Below, one piece after another: positions 36,457-46,099 of a stretch of DNA of 64,000 bases (position 1 is the stretch's first letter; each line of letters begins with the position of its first letter). The DNA comes from Alphaproteobacteria bacterium. Lineage in GTDB: Bacteria; Pseudomonadota; Alphaproteobacteria; UBA828. The notes under the pieces are model-generated. The model saw nothing but the letters and a program-made list of their open reading frames with translations. It ran no database searches and was not told where the DNA came from. The position numbers and the translations under genes are program-made. The DNA lies in NCBI GenBank assembly GCA_963667785.2, contig CAXXMU010000001.1, forward strand, positions 928,001-992,000, read 5' to 3'.

Positions 36457-38520
36457 TCAGATCGCGACGCCCGGCTCAGTGCCGGGCGCCGGGCCTTCCT
36501 CCGGCTTGCGGTCCTCGGTCTCCGATTCTCCGTCCGCGGAATCCCCGGCGCCTTCCGGCGCGTCCTCCGCTTCGCCGTCCGCGGCCTCGCCCGGCAGCGG
36601 CACCGGCTCCAGCCCCTCGTCCTTCGCCGGCGACGCGTCTTCCGGCTCCGCCACGGTTTCGCCCTGCAGCGCCGCGATCGCGATGCCGCTGTCCTCCGGG
36701 ACCGCCGATCCCGCTTCCGCGCGCGCCGCGCCGCCGCCCGCCGGTTCCGACCGGCCGTCGTCGCGCGGCACGAACCGCTCGGCCGCCTTCGGCCGGGCGA
36801 CGTAATTCAGGCGGATGGAGGCGACCGGGAAGGGGCCGGGGAACTTCAGATACCCCTCCAGGTTGGCCAGCCGCATGATCTCGGACGGCAGCGCCAGCGC
36901 CCGGAGCTCGCGGCGCGGCGTCAGGCTCACCCCGTCGCGGATGGTGTTGGCGCCGTATGAGAACCCCTCGGAGACCTCCTCGATCTCGCTGCGGCCCAGG
37001 CTGTCGGCCGACCACTGCGCGGTGTCCCGGTCGGGCGCGGCCAGCACCACGCGGGTGCCGCAAAGCCCGGAGATGGTCTCCGCGCCGTTCCGCCCGTAGA
37101 GGTCGCGCAACGCCGAGGCGACCTGCACGCCGAGCACGAAGCAGCCACCGAACTGGCGGCTTTCGGCGAGCCCCGGCTGAAGGCTCGGCACCTGGTGGAG
37201 CGTCGGCAGCTCGTCGAGGATGACCCAGATGCGCCTGTCCGGTCCTTGCGCGAGCGACAGCATCGCGTTGACCGCGATCTCCAGCCAGGTCGAGATCAGC
37301 CCGCGCAGGGACGCGTGCTGGTCGCCCCTCGACGTCAGGAACAGAAACGAGGGAACGCCTCGGTCCCCGTCCCGGTCCTCGTCGGAGATCCACTCCCGGA
37401 TCGAGAACGGCTTGCCTGTATCGGGCAGGAACTCCAGCGCCGACAGGTTGGCGGTCAGCATGGCGCGCACCGAGAGCGCGGTCTTGGGGTTCTCGGGATC
37501 GACGATGGACTGCGCCACCGTCCCTTCCATGGCTTGCGCGAGCGCCGTCAGGTCGGTCTTGAGCAGGTGATCGACCAGGACGCGGTTCTCGGTAATGCCC
37601 TTCCGGCGCAGCACGCCGGCGCCGTTGGAGAAGAGCTGGCGCGCCGCCGTCACCCAGAAGGGATCGACGGTGTCCTTCTGCTGCGGGATCAGCGCCGCGG
37701 CCATCATGTCGAAGTCGCGGGGGTTCCTCGCCTCCAGGAAGGGCGACCAGCGCGGCGCGCGGGCGTCCAGCGGGTTGAGCAGCACGTCGCGGTCCTCATC
37801 GAAGAAGGCGCGCGTGTAGCTCCCCATCTTGTCGTAGATCACGCAGCGCTCGCCGCGTTCGCGGATCTGCGACACCAGGTCGGAGATCAGCACCGTCTTG
37901 CCCGAGCCGGTGGTGCCCGAGACGATGGTGTGCTGGGTCTCCGTGCGCTCCGGATACGGGATGCCGGCGATCGCGTAGGGGCGGAAACGCCGACCGCCCG
38001 GAAGGACGCCCAGGAAGCGTTCATGGGGCGATTGCACCCTCCGGCGCAGCTCGCCGGCGGTGACCATCTCGGCGCCCCGGATGCGCTTCTGCCGGCCGAG
38101 CTGGGCGCCCCGCACCCAGAACACGACCAGGAACAGTCCGATCAGCCCGGCCCCGGCCATGGCCCCGAGCCCGGCGCTCGCGAACATCTCGGCCTTGATG
38201 CGCTCGCGCGCCTCCAGCGCCGGGACCGAGGCCGCGATCTCGCGGATCCGCAATACGCGCCGCGTGCCGTCGGCGAAGCGGATTTCCTGGCCCGAGTCCG
38301 GGTCGTAGCCGAGGACGAGCTTGACCTCGGCCAGCGTCACCATGCCCGCGGCGTACCACTCCGCCCCGGTGGTGCGGTGCCAGAGCGTCCAGGCGGGCAC
38401 GGCGACGGTGGTGAAGGCTGCGAACAGCATCGCGGCCCGGAACAGTTGTCCCCACATGCGGATCGCGTGGAAGACGGTCTGGCCGCCCCGGAGCGTGCTG
38501 CCGCCGATGCCCCGCATCAC
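36457..38520 (-). CDS. traD: type IV coupling protein
   Basis: Two N-terminal TM segments, GTTGSGKT, IYDKMG, ILDELPTL, ESRQFGG, LPSEIMRL. Confidence 0.93.
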   Translation of the reverse strand: MMRGIGGSTLRGGQTVFHAIRMWGQLFRAAMLFAAFTTVAVPAWTLWHRTTGAEWYAAGMVTLAEVKLVLGYDPDSGQEIRFADGTRRVLRIREIAASVPALEARERIKAEMFASAGLGAMAGAGLIGLFLVVFWVRGAQLGRQKRIRGAEMVTAGELRRRVQSPHERFLGVLPGGRRFRPYAIAGIPYPERTETQHTIVSGTTGSGKTVLISDLVSQIRERGERCVIYDKMGSYTRAFFDEDRDVLLNPLDARAPRWSPFLEARNPRDFDMMAAALIPQQKDTVDPFWVTAARQLFSNGAGVLRRKGITENRVLVDHLLKTDLTALAQAMEGTVAQSIVDPENPKTALSVRAMLTANLSALEFLPDTGKPFSIREWISDEDRDGDRGVPSFLFLTSRGDQHASLRGLISTWLEIAVNAMLSLAQGPDRRIWVILDELPTLHQVPSLQPGLAESRQFGGCFVLGVQVASALRDLYGRNGAETISGLCGTRVVLAAPDRDTAQWSADSLGRSEIEEVSEGFSYGANTIRDGVSLTPRRELRALALPSEIMRLANLEGYLKFPGPFPVASIRLNYVARPKAAERFVPRDDGRSEPAGGGAARAEAGSAVPEDSGIAIAALQGETVAEPEDASPAKDEGLEPVPLPGEAADGEAEDAPEGAGDSADGESETEDRKPEEGPAPGTEPGVAI

Positions 38521-38639
38521 GTTCTCCCCGTCCCGGCGTGGATCGCCGTCCGGAGGTCGAGGTGGGCCGGGAGCCGGGCGAAGGAGACCGGGCCGGGTGG
38601 AGATTCCCTTATCCCCTTCCGGCGGTATGATCGGAGGTC

Positions 38640-39014
38640 ATGAACATGACGCGAACATTCGACGGCCGGACGGGGCCCGCCGGCCAACCCGCAGCGACCC
38701 GGTCCACCTGGCGCGAGCGCCTGTTCGTGCTCGGCGGGCTTGCCCTGGCGGCGCTCTACACCGCCGCGTCGCTGGCGGCCGGCGCCGGCGCGGAGGCCAT
38801 CGGCACCCTCTGGATGGCCGCGATCGCCTGGACCGCCCTGGCCGCCCTCGCCGCCGCGCTCTGGCAAGGCGTTCGCCGCCGCGACTGGTCGGCGTTCCGC
38901 CGCACCCGGCTTCCCGACGGCAGCCGCGACACATTCGACTGGGGCACCCGGACCGGCGCTTACGCCTATCTCCGCATCCAGGAGGAGCACGAACGGCTGA
39001 TGCGCGGCGACTGA
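38640..39014 (+). CDS. small membrane protein convergent with traG, candidate entry exclusion
   Basis: GGAGG RBS; two hydrophobic segments; position immediately downstream of and opposite to traG. Confidence 0.6.
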   Translation: MNMTRTFDGRTGPAGQPAATRSTWRERLFVLGGLALAALYTAASLAAGAGAEAIGTLWMAAIAWTALAALAAALWQGVRRRDWSAFRRTRLPDGSRDTFDWGTRTGAYAYLRIQEEHERLMRGD

Positions 39015-39028
39015 GCGCACCGGCCGCA

Positions 39029-41935
39029 TCACGGCGACTGGTTTCCCCAGTCCGGCGTGGGGATCGTCCTGCGTTCTTCCCCGGCACCGTCCGGCGCGGC
39101 GTTCCGCGCGGTGCCGAACAGCTTGCCCGCGAGCCAGCCGCCGACGAAGGGCAGGTTCTCCGTGGCATGGTGCTCGAAGGGTTTTTCGGTCTCGACCGCC
39201 ACCCCGACGCGGCCCTCGCGGGCGTCCTCCCGGGCGATATCCGTCCGCGCCTCGCGCGCGCTGCCGCGCACGATCATGTCGGTCTCCGCCCGCGCGCCTT
39301 CCCGGATCGCGCCCTCCGGCACGTCGCCCGGCCGCGGCGTACCCGCCGCCCCCGCGCGGTCGCGCACCGCTTCGGACCAGCCGGCATGGGCCGCCGCGGT
39401 CTCGCCGGCATAGGACTCCCGCACCTTGCCCGCCGCGTCCTCGTAGACCGCCGCGCCGCCGACCGACGCCGGGTCCGGCCCGGCCGGCGCGGGGAATTTT
39501 TCAGCGATGAACGCGGCGGCATGCTCGCGCAGGGTCTCCGCGTCCTCCGCCGTCTGCACCGAGATCAGGGCGGTCGCCCCCGCCGCGCCGATCGGCCTGC
39601 CGTCCGTGCCCGTCCGCTCAGACAGCCAGGCGAAGAAGGGCTGGGCGAGGTCGCGGTCGACGGCCTGCGCTTGGCTGCGCACCTGCGCCTCCTGCTCCGA
39701 CCAGGTCTCCGACTCCTGGCGCGCCAGCGAGGCCCGCTCCTGGTAGCTCCGCATGCGCGTGAGGTTGGCGTTGAGGCTCTCGTCGAGGCTCGCCAGCTCG
39801 CTCTCGCCGGTGGCCGTGGAGTAGCGCCGCGAGGCCTCCGAGACCCGCGACCACAGCTCCGTCACCCCGTGCTGGCGGTCGTACTCCTTCATGCGGTTCC
39901 AGGCGTCGGACTCGATGGTCTCGCCGCGCCAGGTCGCGCTCCCGCTCGCGCCGAGCTTGACGATCTTCTCCAGCCCGCCGCCGATCTTCGCCTCGCCGGT
40001 CAGCACCGCGGCCTGGTTCTTGGTGATGCCGCCGATCTCGGCGAGCTTCTCGTAATGCGCCTCCAGCGCCTGCACCTGGGCGCTCTCGCTCTCCGTCACC
40101 CCCCTGGCGTGGGCCTCGCCGACGCTGACGTCATGGCTGTAGCGCTCCACCAGCCCGGTCGCGTCGCTGACGGCCGCGTTCCGCGCCATGCCCGCCTGCA
40201 CGTCCCAGTTGCGGGCGAGGCCCCGGGCCTCCGCCGCCCGGGTCTCGTAGCTGGTGGCCAGCGACTCCGAGAGCCGCACCCCGGCGGCCGGGATGCGGCT
40301 GGTGGCCGACGACGCGTCCACGACCGCCGTCCCGTCCCCGGTCACGACGAACCCCGCGCCCGCCGGCGCATAGCCGGTGTAGCGGTCGGTATCGACATGA
40401 GCCGAGGTGCGGATCTGGCGGCCCTCCAGGGTCGCGAAGCGGTGCGTGTCGTAACCGGTGTTGGCGAGCGAGAGGTTGCCCGTCGTGCCCTCGTGCGCCG
40501 CCGAGCTTGCCGCGTCCTGGCCCACGGCCAGCACCGAGGTCGCGAGCACCGTCGCCTTCGACAGCCCGTAGGCGAGCGCGGCGGCGAGGAACGGCACCGA
40601 CATCGAGAGGTAGCCCGACATCACCGCGACGTCGGACGCGACCGCCCTGATCCCCGCCTGGGCCACCAGCGAGATGCCGATATCGCCGCCGGGCATCGCC
40701 GCGGCGGCCTGCATCCGCTCGGCCGCCTCGCCCATGCTGATCCGGTGCAGCACGGCATAGAGCGGCCCCCAGGATTGCAGCCACACCAGCCCGGTGACGT
40801 AGGAGCGGAAGATCGGCAGCCCCGCCGGGGTCAGCATCAGCAGCACCGCCATCGGGAAGGCGCCGACATAGAGGCACTCGAAGACGATGCGGAGCAGCGG
40901 CACCCAGGTCTCCGCCTGCCTGCCGATCGCCCGGTAGGCCGAGACGGTCTGCGCTTCCGCCCTCGCCTCGGTGTAGGCCCTCAAGGCGGCCGCGTTGCCG
41001 GCCTCCGCCGCCCACTGCTCGCCCGCGTCGTGGACGGCGTTCAGCACCATCTGCTGGCGCATGATCTCGGCCGCCGAGCGCGCCGCGCCGATGAGGAAGT
41101 CGTGCGCTGCGGGCAGCGCGGCCAGCAGCTCGGCGCGCGCCAGCGCCTCGGTGCGCGCGTCCGGGAAGATGCGCCGCCCGAACACCGTGCCGGCGCGGGC
41201 GATCTCCGCGTTCCACAGCCCGTTCAGCCGCGCCGCTGCCACCTGGCAGGTGACGATTGTGCGGTCGATGGGCGTCGCTCCGGTGCCCGTCGCCGGCTGT
41301 CTCGTCGCGAACTCCACCATCCGCGCGGGCGAGGCCCCGGCCGAGGGCGAGCCCGAGGCGGTGACCAGCGACCAGATATCGGTCGATTCGCGCAAATCGT
41401 CCGCCGAGATGTGGCCCAGCAGCAGCGCGTGGAACACGCACTGCCTTGCGTAGTTGCGCACGTTGCGCGCGAACACTGCGTCGGTGATCTCGAGCCGGGT
41501 CGTTTTGGCCGCGAGCCTGGCCCCGAAGATCAGCCCGTGGCGCCGGTGATGGAGGTCGTTCGGCAGCGTGAAGGCCTGCTCGGTGAGGCGCGTCAGCCCG
41601 TCGCCCACCTGCGACGTGATCGAGGCGAAGAGCGCGAGGCCGATGGGGACGTTCGCCACCACGGCGGGCGCAAGCGTGGGGTCGAGACGGTCGACCACCC
41701 GGACGGTCGCCTTCGGCACGATCATCGCGCCCCAGACCACGACGAACAGCAGGATCCACTTGCCGTTGTCGCGCCAGCTCCCGCCGAAGGCCGTGCGGAA
41801 CAGCACCCAGGCGAGCCCGGCGACGCCCGCAAGCTGGGCGAGCTGGATGTAGGCCCCGCCGCCGGTGATGGCGGCGACGGCGTTCAGGAGATCGACGAGA
41901 TAGGTCCCGCCGCCGAGGGTGAAGAGCTCGTACAT
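39029..41935 (-). CDS. traG: F-type mating-pair stabilisation protein TraG
   Basis: MYELFTLGGG...LLNAVAA, VANVPIGLA, WLQSWGPLYAVL; follows traH. Confidence 0.92.
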   Translation of the reverse strand: MYELFTLGGGTYLVDLLNAVAAITGGGAYIQLAQLAGVAGLAWVLFRTAFGGSWRDNGKWILLFVVVWGAMIVPKATVRVVDRLDPTLAPAVVANVPIGLALFASITSQVGDGLTRLTEQAFTLPNDLHHRRHGLIFGARLAAKTTRLEITDAVFARNVRNYARQCVFHALLLGHISADDLRESTDIWSLVTASGSPSAGASPARMVEFATRQPATGTGATPIDRTIVTCQVAAARLNGLWNAEIARAGTVFGRRIFPDARTEALARAELLAALPAAHDFLIGAARSAAEIMRQQMVLNAVHDAGEQWAAEAGNAAALRAYTEARAEAQTVSAYRAIGRQAETWVPLLRIVFECLYVGAFPMAVLLMLTPAGLPIFRSYVTGLVWLQSWGPLYAVLHRISMGEAAERMQAAAAMPGGDIGISLVAQAGIRAVASDVAVMSGYLSMSVPFLAAALAYGLSKATVLATSVLAVGQDAASSAAHEGTTGNLSLANTGYDTHRFATLEGRQIRTSAHVDTDRYTGYAPAGAGFVVTGDGTAVVDASSATSRIPAAGVRLSESLATSYETRAAEARGLARNWDVQAGMARNAAVSDATGLVERYSHDVSVGEAHARGVTESESAQVQALEAHYEKLAEIGGITKNQAAVLTGEAKIGGGLEKIVKLGASGSATWRGETIESDAWNRMKEYDRQHGVTELWSRVSEASRRYSTATGESELASLDESLNANLTRMRSYQERASLARQESETWSEQEAQVRSQAQAVDRDLAQPFFAWLSERTGTDGRPIGAAGATALISVQTAEDAETLREHAAAFIAEKFPAPAGPDPASVGGAAVYEDAAGKVRESYAGETAAAHAGWSEAVRDRAGAAGTPRPGDVPEGAIREGARAETDMIVRGSAREARTDIAREDAREGRVGVAVETEKPFEHHATENLPFVGGWLAGKLFGTARNAAPDGAGEERRTIPTPDWGNQSP

Positions 41936-41947
41936 TATATTAGGCGG

Positions 41948-43372
41948 CTACCGTGACCCGGCGCCCGCGCCGCCGCGCGCGAAGGCCAATGCGGCGCGCA
42001 GGTCCGCCGACAAGGCCCCCGCGAGCTCGGTCTCGATCAGGCGCAGCTTCTCGACCACGGCGAGCGCGGTGTTGAGCCGTTGCAGCCCCTGGTGGCGGTG
42101 CCGGGCCAGCGCGATCCGGTTGGACCTCAACCCCTCGCGCCAGCGCTGGAGCTGCTCGCCGTCGGCTATGTCGAGCGTGCCTGCGCGCTCCTCGACCGTG
42201 CGGTGGAGATCGGTGATCCAGACCTGCATGACATCGAGGGCCACGGCTTCCGCCAGCGCATCCATCTCCTGGTCGATCACCGCGCCCCGGTAGGCGGCGG
42301 CGGTGTTGGCAACGCGGTAGACCGGGAGCGTGGTGAGATTCACCAGGCCGAGCGCCGGTGCGGGCGGGGCGGTATCTGTCCTGACGGCATCGACAAGATC
42401 GCGCAGCAGCCCGGCCACCCGTTCCCGAAAGCCCCGGTTGGCGGGGATCGTCACCGTCCCCAGGCTCGGGTTGAGGCAGAGGTTCGGCGTGTCGCAGCGG
42501 TAGACCGGGAGTTGGCCGCCGCCCTCCATCAGCACCTCGGTGACGCGGCGGTCGAGCGCCAGCGGCTCCAGGATGCGGACCCTCGGGCCACCCGCGTCCG
42601 CGTCGGAAGTGGGGGCAGTAACGATCAGCGTGCCGGTCACCGCCATGGCGAACTCGGCAAGCTGCGTATCGCCGGACAGGAACGACGACGCCCGGATCGC
42701 CTTCCAGGCATAGTTGACGTTGACCGGCACCTGGTCGGCCATCGCCCCCGAAGCGGACGCGAGCGTCGAGTTGCGCTGGCCCGCCGCGCCGCAGCCGTGC
42801 TTGGCGGCGGCGTAGTCGCTGAATATCCCCTGGCCGGTGCCGATCGCGGCGCAGATGGCGGCAGAGGCCCGGTCGTTCTTCGACCAGAGGGCGCCGACCA
42901 GCGCCTGGGCCGTCTCGCAGGAGTTGAGGTTCTGGCTGTTGACCCACTGCGCGAGCGCCCGGAGCTTGGCCATGGTCTCGGCGATCACCGGGCTGATGGT
43001 CTCCAGCGCCAGCTCGAAGGCGAACCCGGCGGCGTTCTGCGCCACCGCCCGGCCGAAGGCGATGAGCTGGTCCGAGTTGATGAACGAGAAGGCGCCGGCG
43101 AACGCGTCGATGCCCCCGCAGCCGGAGCGGAAGGAGGGCAGGCTCACCGTCGCGATCTGCTCCGAGCGCACCGGCGAGCGCAGGTAGAGGTTGCCGAGGG
43201 TCCAGTGCCCGGACGCCTGGCCGTGGAAGGCGGTGGGGCCCGTGGTGTTGACTGCCACGCCCTGCCAGAAGCGCCCCATCTCCGAGAGCACGTCCGCATG
43301 GACGGGAGTCGTGCCCAGGAGCGCCGCCGCAAACACGGCGCAGGCCGCGCCTCTCTTCAGATCAGTAATCAT
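41948..43372 (-). CDS. traH: TraH
   Basis: LPSFRSGCGGIDAFAGAFSFIN, NSCETAQALV. Confidence 0.93.
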   Translation of the reverse strand: MITDLKRGAACAVFAAALLGTTPVHADVLSEMGRFWQGVAVNTTGPTAFHGQASGHWTLGNLYLRSPVRSEQIATVSLPSFRSGCGGIDAFAGAFSFINSDQLIAFGRAVAQNAAGFAFELALETISPVIAETMAKLRALAQWVNSQNLNSCETAQALVGALWSKNDRASAAICAAIGTGQGIFSDYAAAKHGCGAAGQRNSTLASASGAMADQVPVNVNYAWKAIRASSFLSGDTQLAEFAMAVTGTLIVTAPTSDADAGGPRVRILEPLALDRRVTEVLMEGGGQLPVYRCDTPNLCLNPSLGTVTIPANRGFRERVAGLLRDLVDAVRTDTAPPAPALGLVNLTTLPVYRVANTAAAYRGAVIDQEMDALAEAVALDVMQVWITDLHRTVEERAGTLDIADGEQLQRWREGLRSNRIALARHRHQGLQRLNTALAVVEKLRLIETELAGALSADLRAALAFARGGAGAGSR

Positions 43373-44207
43373 GGCCGGGCTCCAGTGCGGTGAGGGCGAA
43401 GATCCGTTCCGCCATCTGGTCTTCGGCCATCACCCCGAAGCCGACCGGCATGACCCGCTTCGTGGCGGTGTCGAACAGCACCAGGGCAGGCACCGGTCCG
43501 CCGCCGAGGCCGAGCCGGGCGGCGCGCCCGTTGTCGGCCACCGCCTCGGGCCAGCCCTCCAGCGCCTCGCCGGTGAGCGAGACCGCGAGCACGTCGAGGC
43601 CGTGGCGGGAGGCGAAGGCGCGCAGCAGCGGGCCGAACACCCGGCACGCCGCGCAGCCGGCATGGCCCAGGTAGATCAGCCCGTAGCGCTCGCCGAGGCG
43701 GGCGAGGGCGGCCTCGCGGTCCTGCCTGCGTCCGTCCGACCAGACCTGCTTGGCGAGCGCGCCCACCGGGCGCCGCAGCGTGTAGTCCAGCTCCGGCGTC
43801 GCCCAGACCGTGCGCCGGAAGGCGTCGGAGAAGGCAGCGGCCTTCGCGAGGGTTTCCTGCTGGAGGCGCAGGTAGGCCGTCACGTTGGCGGGGGAGGGGT
43901 CGAGGATCGCCTCGGCGCGGGCTTCCTCCAGCGCCTTGCGCATCGCCTCGATCCGTTCCATTGCCGGTTGCCCGGCATCGGCCGGAGGCGGGGCCGGGGC
44001 GGGGTCGGCCCGACGCGGCTCCTCCTCCCGCCGATCGCAGTAGAAGTGCCAGCCGAGAGACGCGCCGGAAGCCGGAGCCTGTCCCGGACCCGATCCGGGA
44101 TCGCCGCACCAGGACCGCCATTCGCCGCCGGCCGCGGGCGCGCCAAGGACCATCCAGACAACCGTCGCCGCGAGAGCGCGTTTCAGAGCGTGCAGGGTGG
44201 CGGCCAT
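43362..44207 (-). CDS. traF: TraF (thioredoxin-like)
   Basis: GWHFYC, AILDPSPANV, PELDY, CAAC, VPALVL. Confidence 0.9.
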   Translation of the reverse strand: MAATLHALKRALAATVVWMVLGAPAAGGEWRSWCGDPGSGPGQAPASGASLGWHFYCDRREEEPRRADPAPAPPPADAGQPAMERIEAMRKALEEARAEAILDPSPANVTAYLRLQQETLAKAAAFSDAFRRTVWATPELDYTLRRPVGALAKQVWSDGRRQDREAALARLGERYGLIYLGHAGCAACRVFGPLLRAFASRHGLDVLAVSLTGEALEGWPEAVADNGRAARLGLGGGPVPALVLFDTATKRVMPVGFGVMAEDQMAERIFALTALEPGHDY

Positions 44208-44208
44208 C

Positions 44209-45318
44209 TCACTGTCCCCGGCGGTAGAAGTCGCGGATGCGGGTGCGCATCGCCGTGCCGGTGTCGCCCGCGTCCGGCAGCGACACCGAGGGCTCGCGCG
44301 AGCCGTCCATCAGGTCCTGGGTGAACTCCGAGAGGTCGAGGCGCGCGAAGTCGATGCCCTCGACCTCGGCCACGGTGAAGCCCCGGCAGCTCGACCAGCC
44401 GATGCCGAGCTGGGCCCGGCCCTGCTGCTGCAGGATGCGCCCGAGCTTGGAGCCGAACACGCACCAGGCCCGCGAGCGGCGGATACAGATGCCGAAGAAG
44501 GTGCGCTTCGAGCAGTAGCGGCCGAGATAGTGGGTGTTGCCGGCGTTGCGCTCCTCCGCGAGCTCGCGCTCCGAGGCCGAGCAGTTGCCGAGACCGACGA
44601 GAAGCCCGCTGTTCTTGCAGCAGTTGGCGAGTCCGAACAGCTTGATGTGGCAGGCCCGCCGCTGGCCGGTGAAGAAGCGCATGTCGTCGCGGTCGAACTC
44701 GTCGCCGCCGAGCTCCAGCGCCATGTTGAGCCGAGTGGTGGCCTCGACGAAGCCGGTGTTGGCCTGCGGGCGCACGGTCTCGCAGCCCGCGCCGACGCAA
44801 TAGGTGACCCGGCCGCACGAGCCGCCGTCCTGCGCATCCCGGAGTGCCGCCCCGCAGTCCGCGGTGCTGCCGGATGCCAGGCCGTCCGCGCGATGGGACG
44901 GGGACTGCGGGGACGCCGCGATCCCTTCCGAGCGCACGACGGCCGGATCGCCCGCGGCGACCGGGTGCGCGGGCCGGCTCGTCGTGCCGCGGATCACCGC
45001 CCGGCCGGCCGCGCCGCCCGGATCGTCGGGATCGGCGAGACGCGCGCGGGCCGCGTTCTCCATGCCCGATGCCGTGAGCCCGCGCTCCGGCACGTTCGTG
45101 CCCGCATAGCCCGGCACCTCCGCCGCGTTGGACGAATCCCGCGCGATCGTCCGCGCCGCCGAGTTGCCCGCATTGCCGATGGCGCGCGCCGCCGCCTTCG
45201 GGTCGGCGGCACGCGTGTCCTCGGCATACGTCACCCCGCCGAAGACGATCCAGAGCAGGAAGGCGCATACCGACGCCAGAAGCGCCCAACCGAGCAGCCG
45301 CGTCGCCCGCGCCGTCAT
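44209..45318 (-). CDS. traN: TraN (short form)
   Basis: Cys-rich C-terminus NCCK, HYLGRYCS, WCVFGSKLGRILQQQGR, CRGFT, IDFARLDLSEF. Confidence 0.88.
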   Translation of the reverse strand: MTARATRLLGWALLASVCAFLLWIVFGGVTYAEDTRAADPKAAARAIGNAGNSAARTIARDSSNAAEVPGYAGTNVPERGLTASGMENAARARLADPDDPGGAAGRAVIRGTTSRPAHPVAAGDPAVVRSEGIAASPQSPSHRADGLASGSTADCGAALRDAQDGGSCGRVTYCVGAGCETVRPQANTGFVEATTRLNMALELGGDEFDRDDMRFFTGQRRACHIKLFGLANCCKNSGLLVGLGNCSASERELAEERNAGNTHYLGRYCSKRTFFGICIRRSRAWCVFGSKLGRILQQQGRAQLGIGWSSCRGFTVAEVEGIDFARLDLSEFTQDLMDGSREPSVSLPDAGDTGTAMRTRIRDFYRRGQ

Positions 45319-46055
45319 GGCATCTTCCCGAGGCGTTCGAGATATCCCTTCGCGACCTCGCGCCCCGCATCGCCCTCGTCGGCGACGGTCGTCAGCGCCC
45401 CCACGAGGCCGATGTTCCCGGTAATGCGGTCATGGGGCGGTGCGGAATCCTCGACGCAGCCCCGGCTCCGGCAGGGCAGGACCCCGCCCGGCACGACGGC
45501 CACGGCGGGCACCCGGTCGATGCCGAACAGCCGGAACAGGCGCGGGTCGATGGCGACCCCGGCCTCCGCGCCGCCGAGGCGTTCGCCGATCCGCTTCACC
45601 GTCTCGCGCAGCCCGCCTTCGCCGACGCCGCGCAGCACCAGCGGCGCCTCGAAGCGCTCCGCGTCACGCGCCCACTGCCGCCAGCTCGCCGCCGGCACCG
45701 AGAGACTGGTGAAGATCAGGATTTCCGCCGTGCCGCCGCGTCCGGTCGCGCCTGCCGCGATTCCTGCCGCCTGCCGTTCGGCCGGAAGGGGGGCGGTCGA
45801 AGGTCCGGTCGCACCGGGCGGTGTCTGTCGCGCGGCCTCGCCGGCCCGTTCCAGGGCGCGGTCGAGGATCGACCGGGTCCAGTCGCCGAGATCGTCGCTG
45901 CCCGCCTTGCGCAGCACCTCGTCGGCCAGCCGCGCCGCGTCCGCGTCGGGATACGTGGCACGCTCCTCGGCGGAGAAGATCGGACCGGACCACCCCGCCG
46001 CCACCAGCGCGGCGGCGACAAACAGAGCGGTCGGACGTTGCAGAAAACAGGTCAT
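45315..46055 (-). CDS. trbC: type-F pilus assembly protein TrbC
   Basis: IFTSLSVP, LVLRG, IDPRLFRLFGIDRVPA, DRITGNI; start uncertain. Confidence 0.88.
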   Translation of the reverse strand: MTCFLQRPTALFVAAALVAAGWSGPIFSAEERATYPDADAARLADEVLRKAGSDDLGDWTRSILDRALERAGEAARQTPPGATGPSTAPLPAERQAAGIAAGATGRGGTAEILIFTSLSVPAASWRQWARDAERFEAPLVLRGVGEGGLRETVKRIGERLGGAEAGVAIDPRLFRLFGIDRVPAVAVVPGGVLPCRSRGCVEDSAPPHDRITGNIGLVGALTTVADEGDAGREVAKGYLERLGKMP

Positions 46056-46099
46056 CGGGTTGCCCCTGGAATGATATTTATCGTTGTGAATCAACAGGT

